Assembly: GCA_963715335.1 (NCBI GenBank)
Contig: CAVQRZ010000005.1
Coordinates: 64,001 to 128,000, forward strand
Source of the DNA: an uncultured delta proteobacterium
GTDB lineage: Bacteria > Desulfobacterota > Desulfuromonadia > Desulfuromonadales > BM103
Length of the DNA: 64,000 nucleotides
Direction: 5' to 3'
Numbering within the stretch: position 1 is the stretch's first letter; each line of letters opens with the position of its first letter. The notes beneath the pieces were generated by a model that did not search any database, was not told the origin of the DNA, and was given only the letters and a program-made list of their open reading frames with translations. Both the position numbers and the translations under genes were made by a program. Below, one piece after another: positions 9,395 to 18,526 of the stretch.

Positions 9395-10216
9395 TCAGTC
9401 CTCTGGCGGTTTATACAATTTTGGCGGGGGAAGCTTATGCTGCCAGAATCGCTTGGCCAGCCACAGCAGAACCAGCCACAGCAACGCACAGGGCGTGTAA
9501 CGGAAGAGAAAAGTCACCAGCACCGAGGTTTGGATCTCCAGACCGACGACCATGTAAAAGCATACAATTATGTAAGGAAAGATTGGAATCATGGCGAGTT
9601 CACGCCAGCGATAACGGTAATGCCACAACATATGCAACTGCAGCAGGAGGTAGGCCGGGATCGATGCAAGGTTGAGGAAGAAGACAATATCGAAGAGAGC
9701 CCCGTATTTCTGTGGGGAGGGGTCGTAAACATAATCGACCTTGCGTCGTTCGGCCCTGATCATGGGGGGAACCCATTCTGCAGGCTTCCTCGACTCGACT
9801 GAAGCGACATCCTGCCACGTCACGTTCACCTCATGGGAGACCTGCTGCAGCGTCTGCCATTTTTCATCCAGAACGACTATCCTGACGGCATCGACATGCG
9901 TCGGGTTCGTGTACATAACCCACGCCAGGGACTCCCCCGCCCCAGGGGCATGCAACGTTGCTGGATTTCTAATCGCTCCGACTTCGAGTGGCAAGCCATC
10001 CAGCATGGCAATGGCCTGGAAACGCAGCGGGACATCGGCCTCGTAGCGGACCTTGACATACAACTTTTCATCATTGCCGAGCGTTGAACTGACGGCAGGA
10101 TCGACAGCGACAATATCGACTCGCATACCATCGACTGATTGAGCAAAAGCAGATGTCAGGCTGATGCAAAGGAGAAGCAGGCAGAAGAGGAGCGAAGCGG
10201 ATTTCAGATGAGTCAT
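9395..10216 (-). CDS. Hypothetical membrane protein (signal peptide, extracytoplasmic domain, about 3 C-terminal TM helices)
   Basis: Start moved to MTHLKS (10216), which precedes a signal-peptide-like segment; the upstream extension is AT-rich and looks non-coding. Confidence 0.65.
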   Translation of the reverse strand: MTHLKSASLLFCLLLLCISLTSAFAQSVDGMRVDIVAVDPAVSSTLGNDEKLYVKVRYEADVPLRFQAIAMLDGLPLEVGAIRNPATLHAPGAGESLAWVMYTNPTHVDAVRIVVLDEKWQTLQQVSHEVNVTWQDVASVESRKPAEWVPPMIRAERRKVDYVYDPSPQKYGALFDIVFFLNLASIPAYLLLQLHMLWHYRYRWRELAMIPIFPYIIVCFYMVVGLEIQTSVLVTFLFRYTPCALLWLVLLWLAKRFWQHKLPPPKLYKPPED

Positions 10217-10341
10217 ATTGTTCTTTATTATCAGGGTAATAATTCTACTAATTCCGGAGATTTGATTATACCCCAAAACACGTTTCGCATCATAATTATT
10301 TGTAAAAAACGGTCTAAGGAAATTTCGGAGATAGCCCGCAT

Positions 10342-10381
10342 AAAGCTCGCCCCGGTTCATCGGTGAACCGGGGCGAGCTTT
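10342..10381. terminator. Perfect 18-bp hairpin, likely a bidirectional terminator
   Basis: AAAGCTCGCCCCGGTTCA-tcgg-TGAACCGGGGCGAGCTTT. Confidence 0.75.
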
Positions 10382-10590
10382 TACCCGTCGAAGGAGGAGG
10401 GCGGGCTGATTAACTTTTGGGTGGCGGTTTGGCTGGGCTGCGCCCTGCCTTGAATTTTGGTCCCTGAAAGCCGCTTCAGGCGTCCTGCTCGATGGCAGGC
10501 TTGCTCACCACGCTTTACCCGGGATGTTTTCTTTTCAATGTTCTCGACGCTGCCAGACCGGATACCGCGCAACCCAAATTCTATTTGCCT
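10342..10590 (-). ncRNA. Candidate ~250-nt sigma54-dependent non-coding RNA with a CUCCUCCUU loop
   Basis: Lies between a -24/-12 motif and the 18-bp hairpin; no convincing ORF. Confidence 0.45.
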
Positions 10591-10600
10591 GTACTAAGGT

Positions 10601-10616
10601 TGCCAATCGCATGCCA
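10601..10616 (-). promoter_or_regulatory. Sigma54-type (-24/-12) promoter
   Basis: Minus strand TGGCATGCGATTGGCA has correct GG-N10-GC spacing. TGTGTCA/TGACACA repeats lie 115-160 bp upstream. Confidence 0.6.
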
Positions 10617-10885
10617 AAATTGTAAGGCTATGGCGGAAAGAACCGTCAACAAACAATTATCATCAATTATTACAGGTGTTTAAGTGACAGAAAAGTTTAC
10701 TCTCATGATAATCGGCAGGTGCTCATGGGTGTGTCAGAACAGGCTTGTGTCACATATCTTGCCACCGTTGATGACACATTTTGTCGCCGTATTATACGAA
10801 CAACAAGAACGCAAACGACCATACATTCAGTCGTCGACCTGCTATACTGAACGTCGTTATTTTATTACCCCTAAGGAGCAATGTC

Positions 10886-11047
10886 ATGGCCGTTGTCAAA
10901 ATTCTTCTGGCTATTTTTCTTCCCCCTGTTGCAGCCTTCATGCAGGTCGGACCGACGCTGCACTTCTGGGTCAATATAGTTCTTACCCTTCTCGGCGTGT
11001 TGCCTGGTATGGTACATGCGCTCTGGCTGGTCGTCACCAAGAAATAA
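10886..11047 (+). CDS. YqaE/Pmp3 family membrane proteolipid, 53 aa
   Basis: RBS AAGGAG; ILLAIFLPPVA...NIVLTLLG.LPGMVHALW. Confidence 0.9.
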   Translation: MAVVKILLAIFLPPVAAFMQVGPTLHFWVNIVLTLLGVLPGMVHALWLVVTKK

Positions 11048-11842
11048 ATGACAGGATCATCCCAGCCTGTCGGGATATGGATCATGACATCGCTTCTCGA
11101 TCACCCACTCATCAGTGAACGCTACTTTTTTCCCCGTCCGGAGGCACCGGCACAACCATTCTGGGTCGATTGCATCGATGGGATACGTCTGGCCTGTGCG
11201 TACCAGGAAACGAATCCGACCGCGCCAACCGTTGTTCATTTCCATGGCAATGGTGAAGTCGTCGCCGATTACCTCGACGATTTTGCCGGGTTGATCAACC
11301 GGATGGGCTGCAATTGTTTTTTTGCCGAGTTTCGCGGGTACGGCGGGTCTACGGGAACGCCACAGCTTGGTAAAATGCTCGACGACGTCTTGCCAACGAT
11401 CAGGTCAATTGGCTGCGCCGAAGAAAAGATAATTTTGTTCGGACGTTCCGTCGGCTCACTCTTTGCCGTCAAGGCTGCGGAACTGTTTCCAAATGTTGCA
11501 GGAATGATCCTTGAGAGTGCTATCGCGGACCCGATTGAAAGGCTGCTGCTGCGAGTCGATCCCGGAGAAGTGGGAACAACCCCTGCTGAACTTGTAGCGG
11601 CAATCACTGATGCGGTCGATATCAGGGAGGTCATGTCTCAGTTTTCCCGACCGACCCTGATTCTGCACACGCTTCACGACGGACTGATCGACGTCAGTCA
11701 TGCCGAGAGATTGGCCGATTGGTGCGGTGGGCCAACCCGCTTGAAGGTCTTCCCGAACGGCAACCATAACAACATCATGTTCGTCAACGGGCCGCAGTAT
11801 TTCGGCCTGGTCGATGATTTTCTTGCAGCTTTCCGGGAATGA
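11048..11842 (+). CDS. Alpha/beta hydrolase
   Basis: HFHGNGE, RGYGGS, GRSVG nucleophile elbow, plus D and H of the triad. The start could be at 11084. Confidence 0.88.
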   Translation: MTGSSQPVGIWIMTSLLDHPLISERYFFPRPEAPAQPFWVDCIDGIRLACAYQETNPTAPTVVHFHGNGEVVADYLDDFAGLINRMGCNCFFAEFRGYGGSTGTPQLGKMLDDVLPTIRSIGCAEEKIILFGRSVGSLFAVKAAELFPNVAGMILESAIADPIERLLLRVDPGEVGTTPAELVAAITDAVDIREVMSQFSRPTLILHTLHDGLIDVSHAERLADWCGGPTRLKVFPNGNHNNIMFVNGPQYFGLVDDFLAAFRE

Positions 11843-11845
11843 GCG

Positions 11846-12227
11846 GTGAGTTACCGGTTTCTGGCTGACCTGACCCTGGCCCTGCACCTCTGCTTTATCC
11901 TGTTCGTCCTCTTCGGTGGACTGCTCTGCCTGTTCCGAACCAGCATGATCTGGCTTCATCTGCCTGCGGTAGGGTGGGGAATCTGGGTGGAATGGACCGG
12001 TAGAACCTGCCCGTTGACCCCTCTTGAAAACCGTTTCAGGCAGTTGGCTTCCGGTCAGGGCTTTTCTGGTGGTTTCATCGAACACTACCTGATCCCGATT
12101 ATTTACCCTGACCATCTATACGCTTCATTACAATGGCTTTTGGGGACTTGTGGTTATTATCGTCAATCTCGCCGTCTACCTTTTCGTGCTAAGCAGGGTA
12201 AGGAAAAGCTCTCAACAGGTTGACTAA
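11846..12227 (+). CDS. DUF2784-like membrane protein; C-terminus probably frameshifted
   Basis: H..FI.F..FGG, CPLTPLEN, GFIEHY..PIIYP. Removing one G at 12142-12145 restores a final TM helix (GLVVIIVNLAVYLFVL) ending at TAA 12225-12227. Confidence 0.75.
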
Positions 12228-12273
12228 TGATTGCAGTGCGTTACCTTTTAGTAAAACGCGAGGAGGTTATCCC

Positions 12274-12453
12274 ATGTCTGAAAATGATTGCTCAAACCCG
12301 GAAGAACATTGCGAACTACATATGTGTCAGTTGAAAGCAACAACACTTAATGATGAGATCAACAAGCTCTACGAGAATCCGCGTTATGTCTGCGCCAACT
12401 GTGGCGCCAAGGTCAACAGGAAAGAGAATTTGTGCAGTCCGAAACCGATTTGA
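12274..12453 (+). CDS. Small Cys/His-rich protein, 59 aa
   Basis: Strong RBS AGGAGG; HCELHMC, CANCG and a terminal C; followed by a terminator. Confidence 0.75.
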   Translation: MSENDCSNPEEHCELHMCQLKATTLNDEINKLYENPRYVCANCGAKVNRKENLCSPKPI

Positions 12454-12469
12454 ACAGTAACCAGTAATG

Positions 12470-12507
12470 AAAACAGCGCCATTGGGTACAAGGGCGCTGT
12501 TTTTTTG
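12470..12507 (+). terminator. Intrinsic terminator (probably bidirectional)
   Basis: AAACAGCGCC...GGCGCTGTTTTTTT. Confidence 0.8.
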
Positions 12508-12549
12508 TCTCCAGACCATGTTTATAGAACGGTTCGGGGTTTGAGAAAC

Positions 12550-13470
12550 TCACTGAAGGCCAGGGGCAGAAACAAACCGGCCTTTCTGCTTATCCCAGGT
12601 ATAATTTCCGCCATCCCAGAGGTTCTCCAGGTCAACCCAGTCGATGTGTACACCGGCCATGTCTTCTATGGTAAATGAACCCTCGAGCATTTCGGCATCA
12701 TCAATTCGACCATCGGCATTTGTGTCCACCCAGTGAACAGGTGCGACAATGACAGAGCGTTCTCCCTGAATTGGAACTGCCGACTGGCTACCCTCCATGC
12801 TGGCAACGATTTCCCCCTGAAAACCTTCGCTCGACTCCAGCTTGGCTTCCGAATCAACCTCGACAAGATATACGACCCTGTCCCGGACATCACCTGCCTT
12901 GATGATCCAGCGCGCGACACCGTTCACATTATCCAGACTCGAGGCGGGTGGATGGGATTGTGTGATCTTCCACCCTTTCGGAAAATACTCCCGCAGAATC
13001 ACGCCGCCACTCTGGGTACGATGCGTCAGGCGAATCTGTACCGGGATAGTGCTTCCGGGCGCGGCATAAACCGGCAAGAGCCTTTCTGCAGTAACCATCG
13101 CAGGCGGCAGGGGTGATTGGGTCAAAAGAGAACCGATGACGAGAATAGCGAGAAGGAGCGAAACCACAAATGCCAACCAGACGAATGGCGCTTTTGCCCG
13201 TGTGGTGACTACCGAGCCTGGCTCGTCTGCGACAGGCTTAAGCAGGATATCATCGAGCTGGACTTCCAGGGCTTCAGCCAGCTTCAGGGCATTTTCCCGA
13301 CGGATGGTCGGATAGCGGTTATTCTCCCAGCGGGAGATCGTGTCGGTGGTTACACCGACCACCTTGCTGACATACAACTGGGTCAGCTGCGCGTCTTCGC
13401 GAATACGCTTGACCTCTGTTGCATCGATACAGACCTTCGATACCCTGTCTTCCAAACCAGAATGATTCAT
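12550..13470 (-). CDS. XRE-family HTH protein with TM helix and extracytoplasmic domain
   Basis: IREDAQLTQ..VSKVVGVTTDTISRWEN HTH, one TM helix, and an EF-hand-like DTNADGRIDDAE loop. Confidence 0.8.
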   Translation of the reverse strand: MNHSGLEDRVSKVCIDATEVKRIREDAQLTQLYVSKVVGVTTDTISRWENNRYPTIRRENALKLAEALEVQLDDILLKPVADEPGSVVTTRAKAPFVWLAFVVSLLLAILVIGSLLTQSPLPPAMVTAERLLPVYAAPGSTIPVQIRLTHRTQSGGVILREYFPKGWKITQSHPPASSLDNVNGVARWIIKAGDVRDRVVYLVEVDSEAKLESSEGFQGEIVASMEGSQSAVPIQGERSVIVAPVHWVDTNADGRIDDAEMLEGSFTIEDMAGVHIDWVDLENLWDGGNYTWDKQKGRFVSAPGLQ

Positions 13471-13701
13471 ACCGCTGAGTCTACCAAGGGATCAACTAAC
13501 AAGCAAACGCTAAAAAACCCATGTCGACCAACTAGATTTTTTGTTACATAAGACACTGAAAATACAAAGAATAAGCCCTACATCTAGCGACATACGACTC
13601 GATGTCTGATGTCATCCCCATAATATTCGGCTATAAATACATCAAACGTTGTTAAGGCAATTGTGCCGAGAACAAAACACTTTTAACTCAGGAGGAAGAA
13701 C

Positions 13702-13971
13702 ATGAAGAAACTGGTAATCATCATGATGCTGCTGGCGTTCGTCGGTGTCAATGTTGCTATCGCAGCAGACAGCTACACCTACGAGAACAAGAAGGGTAAC
13801 GTTACTTTCGACCACAAGGCTCACCAGGACAAGGTGGGTGACTGTGCCAAATGCCACCAAGGCGAGCCGGCAAAAATTGCTGTCGACAAGGAATACGCCC
13901 ACTCGACTTGCAAAGACTGCCACAAGGACATGAACGGCCCGACCAAGTGTAACGACTGCCACAAGAAGTAA
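13702..13971 (+). CDS. ppcA: Periplasmic triheme cytochrome c7 (PpcA family)
   Basis: Signal peptide, GNVTFDHKAH, three CxxCH motifs, GPTKC; RBS AGGAGG. Which paralog it is cannot be determined. Confidence 0.9.
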   Translation: MKKLVIIMMLLAFVGVNVAIAADSYTYENKKGNVTFDHKAHQDKVGDCAKCHQGEPAKIAVDKEYAHSTCKDCHKDMNGPTKCNDCHKK

Positions 13972-13992
13972 CCTTAACTTACGCAATGCTGC

Positions 13993-14025
13993 AAAAAGGC
14001 CACCGGTTTTAAGGTGGCCTTTTTG
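13993..14025. terminator. Bidirectional intrinsic terminator
   Basis: AAAAAGGCCACC-ggttttaa-GGTGGCCTTTTT between convergent genes. Confidence 0.85.
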
Positions 14026-14070
14026 TTCTTTGATTCCACTCCCAGGCAGCAACGAGTCCCAACTATCTAT

Positions 14071-14988
14071 TCAGAAAATCGACAGCCTGGTCTTGGTTGT
14101 AAACAGTTCCAGAGCCTTGGTCCCTGCGTAAGAGTTCCCGGCTGAATTCAGTGCCGGCGACCACACACACAGAGACATCTGGCCCGGCACAATAGCGACG
14201 ATCCCGCCCCCTACACCGCTTTTTCCCGGCAGGCCGACACGATAGGAAAAATCGCCCGCCGCATCGTAAGTGCCACACGTCAACATAACCGCATTGATCC
14301 GTTTTGCGTGCCTCCGACTGACGATTTCACCAGAGATAGGGGAAACGCCTTGATCCGCCAGGAAAAGGCTCGCCAGGGCCAGTTCTTTGCAGTTCATCAT
14401 CACCGCGCACTGAAAAAAGTAGAAATCAAGAACGTCCTCCACACTGTGCCGAAGATTATCAAAATCCTTGAGCAGGTTGGCCAAGGCCCGGTTGCGATGT
14501 CCGGACTCGATTTCAGCTTTGTAAATGGTCTTCGAAATCTTCATCGAAGGGAGGCCCGTGACTTGTTGTAGAAATGCAAGATACGTTTCCTTGGGGTCGT
14601 CAACGTGGTCAAGGATAATATCCGCAATGACAAGGGCGCCGGCATTGATGAACGGGTTTCGGGGAATTCCGCGCTCATATTCGAGCTGCGTAAGAGCATT
14701 GAAGGGCGTGCCCGAGGGTTCCCTGCCCACCCTCTTCCAGAGCGACGTTCCAACCAGCCGGAATGCCAGCGTCAAAGCAAACAGCTTGGAGATGCTCTGG
14801 ATGGAGAACCTTTCTCCCGCGTCGCCGATCTGACAGGACTGGCCAGCGGTTGTCTGCAGAGCCATGCCGAATTTCTTGCCGGAGACTTTGGCCAGGGGCG
14901 GGATATAGTCCGGAACGGTGCCGCGACCGATCAAGGGCTGGATTTCGCGATGGATCTCATCCAGGACCTCCTGGTAATTCACTGTCAA
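14071..14988 (-). CDS. glsA: Glutaminase
   Basis: DYIP.L, FSIQSISK (SxxK), GREPSG.PFN, NPFINAGA, GKSGVGGG. Confidence 0.95.
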   Translation of the reverse strand: MTVNYQEVLDEIHREIQPLIGRGTVPDYIPPLAKVSGKKFGMALQTTAGQSCQIGDAGERFSIQSISKLFALTLAFRLVGTSLWKRVGREPSGTPFNALTQLEYERGIPRNPFINAGALVIADIILDHVDDPKETYLAFLQQVTGLPSMKISKTIYKAEIESGHRNRALANLLKDFDNLRHSVEDVLDFYFFQCAVMMNCKELALASLFLADQGVSPISGEIVSRRHAKRINAVMLTCGTYDAAGDFSYRVGLPGKSGVGGGIVAIVPGQMSLCVWSPALNSAGNSYAGTKALELFTTKTRLSIF

Positions 14989-15032
14989 CGTCTATACCTC
15001 CTGAAGGGCTGTCGTAGCCGTCCTTGCAACGC

Positions 15033-15908
15033 TCAGCTGATCGCAAGCACGTCAACAGAGACTTTCAACTCATGTTCACCACTACCGAAAGCCACACCTT
15101 TCAACGGTGTCACATCGGTAAAGTCGCGTCCCCAGGCGACTGTAATGTACCGCTCTCCGGGCAGCTGGTTGTTGGTCGGGTCGAAGTCGAGCCAGCCGTG
15201 TTCAGGCAGGTACGCTGAGAACCAGGCATGTGAAGCGTCGGCGCCCACCAGCCGTTCCTTGCCAGGCGGAGGCTCAGTCTCGATGTAACCGCTCACATAG
15301 CGCGCCGCGAGGCCCATGGAACGCAGGCAACCGATCGCCAGGTGGGCAAAATCCTGGCAGACACCGCTACGGTGCTCAAGAACATCTTTTAGTGGAGTCG
15401 CAATGGTGGAGAATTCCGGATCGTAATTGAATTCGTGGAAGATCCTCTGCATCAGGTCACGTACAGCATCGATCAGCGGCCGACCCGGCGAAAAAGATGG
15501 CAGGGCGTAGTCTAAAACCAGGTCATTGACAACAAGCGTAGGCGAATCGAGAACATACTGGGATGCGTCGAGGGCTTCAGCGGACCTGGCGTTACGCAAT
15601 TGTTCCCGGGCCATCTCCCAAGCAAGAATGCCGGCTTCTTCAGGCAGGCTCGCGGCATTGGTCTCGACTTCGCTGGTCGCGGTCACGATCAGTTGGTCAT
15701 GGGGCTGCTGAATGGAGAAATAAGTTGTCCGGTTACCAAAGTAATCAAAGCGTTCGTAATAATCGTATGGCTGCGGTTCGATCAGCAAGCCGGCCGAAAG
15801 GACTTTCTGCTGAGGTAAATCGCGAGGCAGGAGCCTGGCCTCATTGTAACAGAGGCCGACCCGTGCTTCGTAACTGAACTCGGTCGTATGAGTGACGCGG
15901 TATTTCAT
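15033..15908 (-). CDS. Transglutaminase-like protein
   Basis: N-terminal Y.V.H.T...Y domain; GVCQDFAH, HAW and DPT catalytic triad. Confidence 0.92.
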   Translation of the reverse strand: MKYRVTHTTEFSYEARVGLCYNEARLLPRDLPQQKVLSAGLLIEPQPYDYYERFDYFGNRTTYFSIQQPHDQLIVTATSEVETNAASLPEEAGILAWEMAREQLRNARSAEALDASQYVLDSPTLVVNDLVLDYALPSFSPGRPLIDAVRDLMQRIFHEFNYDPEFSTIATPLKDVLEHRSGVCQDFAHLAIGCLRSMGLAARYVSGYIETEPPPGKERLVGADASHAWFSAYLPEHGWLDFDPTNNQLPGERYITVAWGRDFTDVTPLKGVAFGSGEHELKVSVDVLAIS

Positions 15909-18478
15909 ATGTCCTCATCCTGGCGTTGCGGCGACAGCTGCTGATGTGGTTGCGAATGGCTGAAATAGGTGCCGGTGAGCACGTCGGACAATTGCCAGAG
16001 GTTCTCAGTCTGCCTGGAAAGCAATTCTTCCAGCCCCTTGCAGAAGCCATCGCCCTCTTCGATTCTCGACAATTCAACAGCATCGGCCAGACGCAGGGAG
16101 GTAAAGGCTTCGAGGATAGCCCTCTCGTCTGCGCCAAGACGGTGCGACACCTGAGTGCGCGGCAATTCGGCGACGTGGCGCTGCAAGCTATCAAGCTGGA
16201 AAGCCAGAGACCTTGGGTGATGCTGGTCCATCAGAATCAGTTCGAGAACGGTGGGCAGATGCATGTACGAGTGATAACGGCGCCGGAAGGTATTCAGGCT
16301 GTCGCAGATGACCAGCACCGTCTCCATCAGCTGGCGCTTCGTCGTATCATCCATGCCGGGAACTAAGGTGGCACGCAACAGCGAAATTAATCCCAGAGCC
16401 CGTTCCAGCCGTCGACCGATGTCGAGCAGCAGCCATCCGGCTTCCCGGGTCATGCTCTCAGAAGTCAGGCCACTGAATGCAACCAGCTGCATGATCAGGT
16501 GGTCAAGGCGGTCCTGGGTACGATGGCTCCCCGTGCCAGGGTCTTCCTCGTCAACAACCCAATCCTGCCGGATCGCGTCGATGATCCTCCAGATTTCGGT
16601 CGGCCAGTGGTCCCTGACGGTCATGGCAACCTGGCCAAAGGCCTGCAGGGTCGACGTCAGGCTGCCGCTCCGGTGCGCATCCTGCAACAGGGAGCGCAGC
16701 TCAGGGCGAGGCTGCTCCAGAAGCTTTTCAGCCCCCTCATCGACAAATCCCGGGTAAGTTCCGGTCACATGGGTCAGAGCGCGCAACAGGTTGTGAAGGT
16801 AGGAGATAGGCCTCCCGCCGTTGGCATCACGCAACTCCCTCCGGAGCAGATAGATGGCCCGCAACAGGCGGGCCGTCCCCTCAGCCCTCTCGACGTAGCG
16901 GCCGGCCCAGAACAGGTTGTCCGCAGCACGGCTCGGCAGTGGCTCGATGCGAAACTGCAGGACCTGGTCTTCTTTCGGCTGCCTCCATAGGCTGACGTAT
17001 TCAACCGGTTCATTCGACAGGACCCAGGCGTCCTTGCTCAAACCGCCGGCCCGGTTGGAAACCACCAGCTCTCCTTCCCGGGCGGCAATCCGCGTCAGAC
17101 CGCCAGGCATGGCGATATAGCCATCCTCGCCGGCCACCAGGAAAGAACGAAGCACCGCGTGACGCGGCTCAACCTGACCATCAACCAGCGACGGGGCGGT
17201 CGAAAAACTGACCATTTCCTGGCCGGTGTAAAGATGCGGTTTGTGCAGAATGCGCGCGCGCAATTCGGCCTGTTCGGCTTGTGTCAATTGAGCACCAAAA
17301 ACCGAACGGTAACCCCGTGTGCGGTGAATCGTCTTTATGACCAGCTTTTCCAGATTCTCGAGAACGAACCGACGTTCATTCTCCTGACCACACCACCAGG
17401 TCGCAACCGAGGGAAGCTTGAGGTCTTCGTCAAAGAAGTGCTTCGCAATCCCTGGGAGGAACGCCAGCAGCCCAGGGTTTTCCAGCACACAACTGCCGAT
17501 CGGGTTGGCAATCGCCACGTGGCCGAGACGGGCCGACTGCATCAGTCCGGTCACGCCGAGCCGGGAGTCCTCCCGCAGTTCCAGCGGATCGCAATAGGCA
17601 TCATCGACGCGACGCAGGATCACGTCAACCTGGTGCAATCCCTCCAGAGATTTGAGCCAGACCCGCCCGTCGCGGACGCTCAGGTCATCGCCCTGGACCA
17701 ATGTATAGCCGAGGTAATTGGCAAGGTAGGCGTGTTCGAAGTAGCTCGGGCTGTAGGGCCCGGGTGTCAGGACCACGATCCGCGGGTCTTCCCGATTCTG
17801 CGGCGCAAGGCTGGCGAGACGGTCCCGGAAAGGCTGGAAGAAGCCGGCCAGCCGTCGGACATGGCAGGCACGAAAGAGCGCCGGGGCGATGCGCGTCATG
17901 ACCATGCGGTTTTCCAGCGCATAACCGGCCCCGGAAGGAGTCTGCGCACGGTCATCGATTACCCACATGCGACCGTCCGGACCACGGGCAAGGTTGGAAG
18001 AGCAGATGGTCAGTGAGCGACCACCGTTGGTGATCGACCCGACGCAGGAGCGCTGGAAACCGGCGTGGCCGAATACCAGCTCAGGCGGCAGGAGGCCTTC
18101 GAGCAAAAGCTGCTGGGGACCGTAGATATCAGCCAGAATCAGGTTGAGCAGTTCCGCCCGCTGGACCAGGCCGGCCTCTATAACCGACCACTCCTCGGCA
18201 CTGATGAACAGAGGGATCGGGTCAAGCTCCCAGGGGCGGGCCATACCGCGCAGCCCGTCGTAGATATTGAAGGTGACGCCGTTCTCACGCAGCAGGCGCT
18301 GGGCCTCCAGGTGGCGGCGTTCAAGCCCCTCCCGGCCGAGCTGGTCGAGCTCCTGCATGAGGGTTTGCCAGTGGGGGAGAATGCTCCCCTCACCGGCATA
18401 CAACTCGTCATAGGCTTCGAGCCTGGGGGCGTAATACTGGGCAATTGACTCGGAAATCTGGTTATCGGGCTGTTCCAC
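15905..18478 (-). CDS. Circularly permuted type 2 ATP-grasp protein fused to an alpha-E domain
   Basis: PSGAGYALENR, YFEHAYLA, RRVDD...DPLE, MPGGLTR, SKDAWV; then PSRAADNLFWAGRYVERAE and GRRLER. Confidence 0.9.
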   Translation of the reverse strand: MEQPDNQISESIAQYYAPRLEAYDELYAGEGSILPHWQTLMQELDQLGREGLERRHLEAQRLLRENGVTFNIYDGLRGMARPWELDPIPLFISAEEWSVIEAGLVQRAELLNLILADIYGPQQLLLEGLLPPELVFGHAGFQRSCVGSITNGGRSLTICSSNLARGPDGRMWVIDDRAQTPSGAGYALENRMVMTRIAPALFRACHVRRLAGFFQPFRDRLASLAPQNREDPRIVVLTPGPYSPSYFEHAYLANYLGYTLVQGDDLSVRDGRVWLKSLEGLHQVDVILRRVDDAYCDPLELREDSRLGVTGLMQSARLGHVAIANPIGSCVLENPGLLAFLPGIAKHFFDEDLKLPSVATWWCGQENERRFVLENLEKLVIKTIHRTRGYRSVFGAQLTQAEQAELRARILHKPHLYTGQEMVSFSTAPSLVDGQVEPRHAVLRSFLVAGEDGYIAMPGGLTRIAAREGELVVSNRAGGLSKDAWVLSNEPVEYVSLWRQPKEDQVLQFRIEPLPSRAADNLFWAGRYVERAEGTARLLRAIYLLRRELRDANGGRPISYLHNLLRALTHVTGTYPGFVDEGAEKLLEQPRPELRSLLQDAHRSGSLTSTLQAFGQVAMTVRDHWPTEIWRIIDAIRQDWVVDEEDPGTGSHRTQDRLDHLIMQLVAFSGLTSESMTREAGWLLLDIGRRLERALGLISLLRATLVPGMDDTTKRQLMETVLVICDSLNTFRRRYHSYMHLPTVLELILMDQHHPRSLAFQLDSLQRHVAELPRTQVSHRLGADERAILEAFTSLRLADAVELSRIEEGDGFCKGLEELLSRQTENLWQLSDVLTGTYFSHSQPHQQLSPQRQDEDI

Positions 18479-18526
18479 GGCAGGGGCCTCGTAGCGTCAA
18501 CATGGCATTGATTATCCTCGGCCCGA

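Noticed and set aside
10381..10572. 63-aa minus-strand ORF
   Set aside because: TTG start, no RBS, no recognisable protein features.
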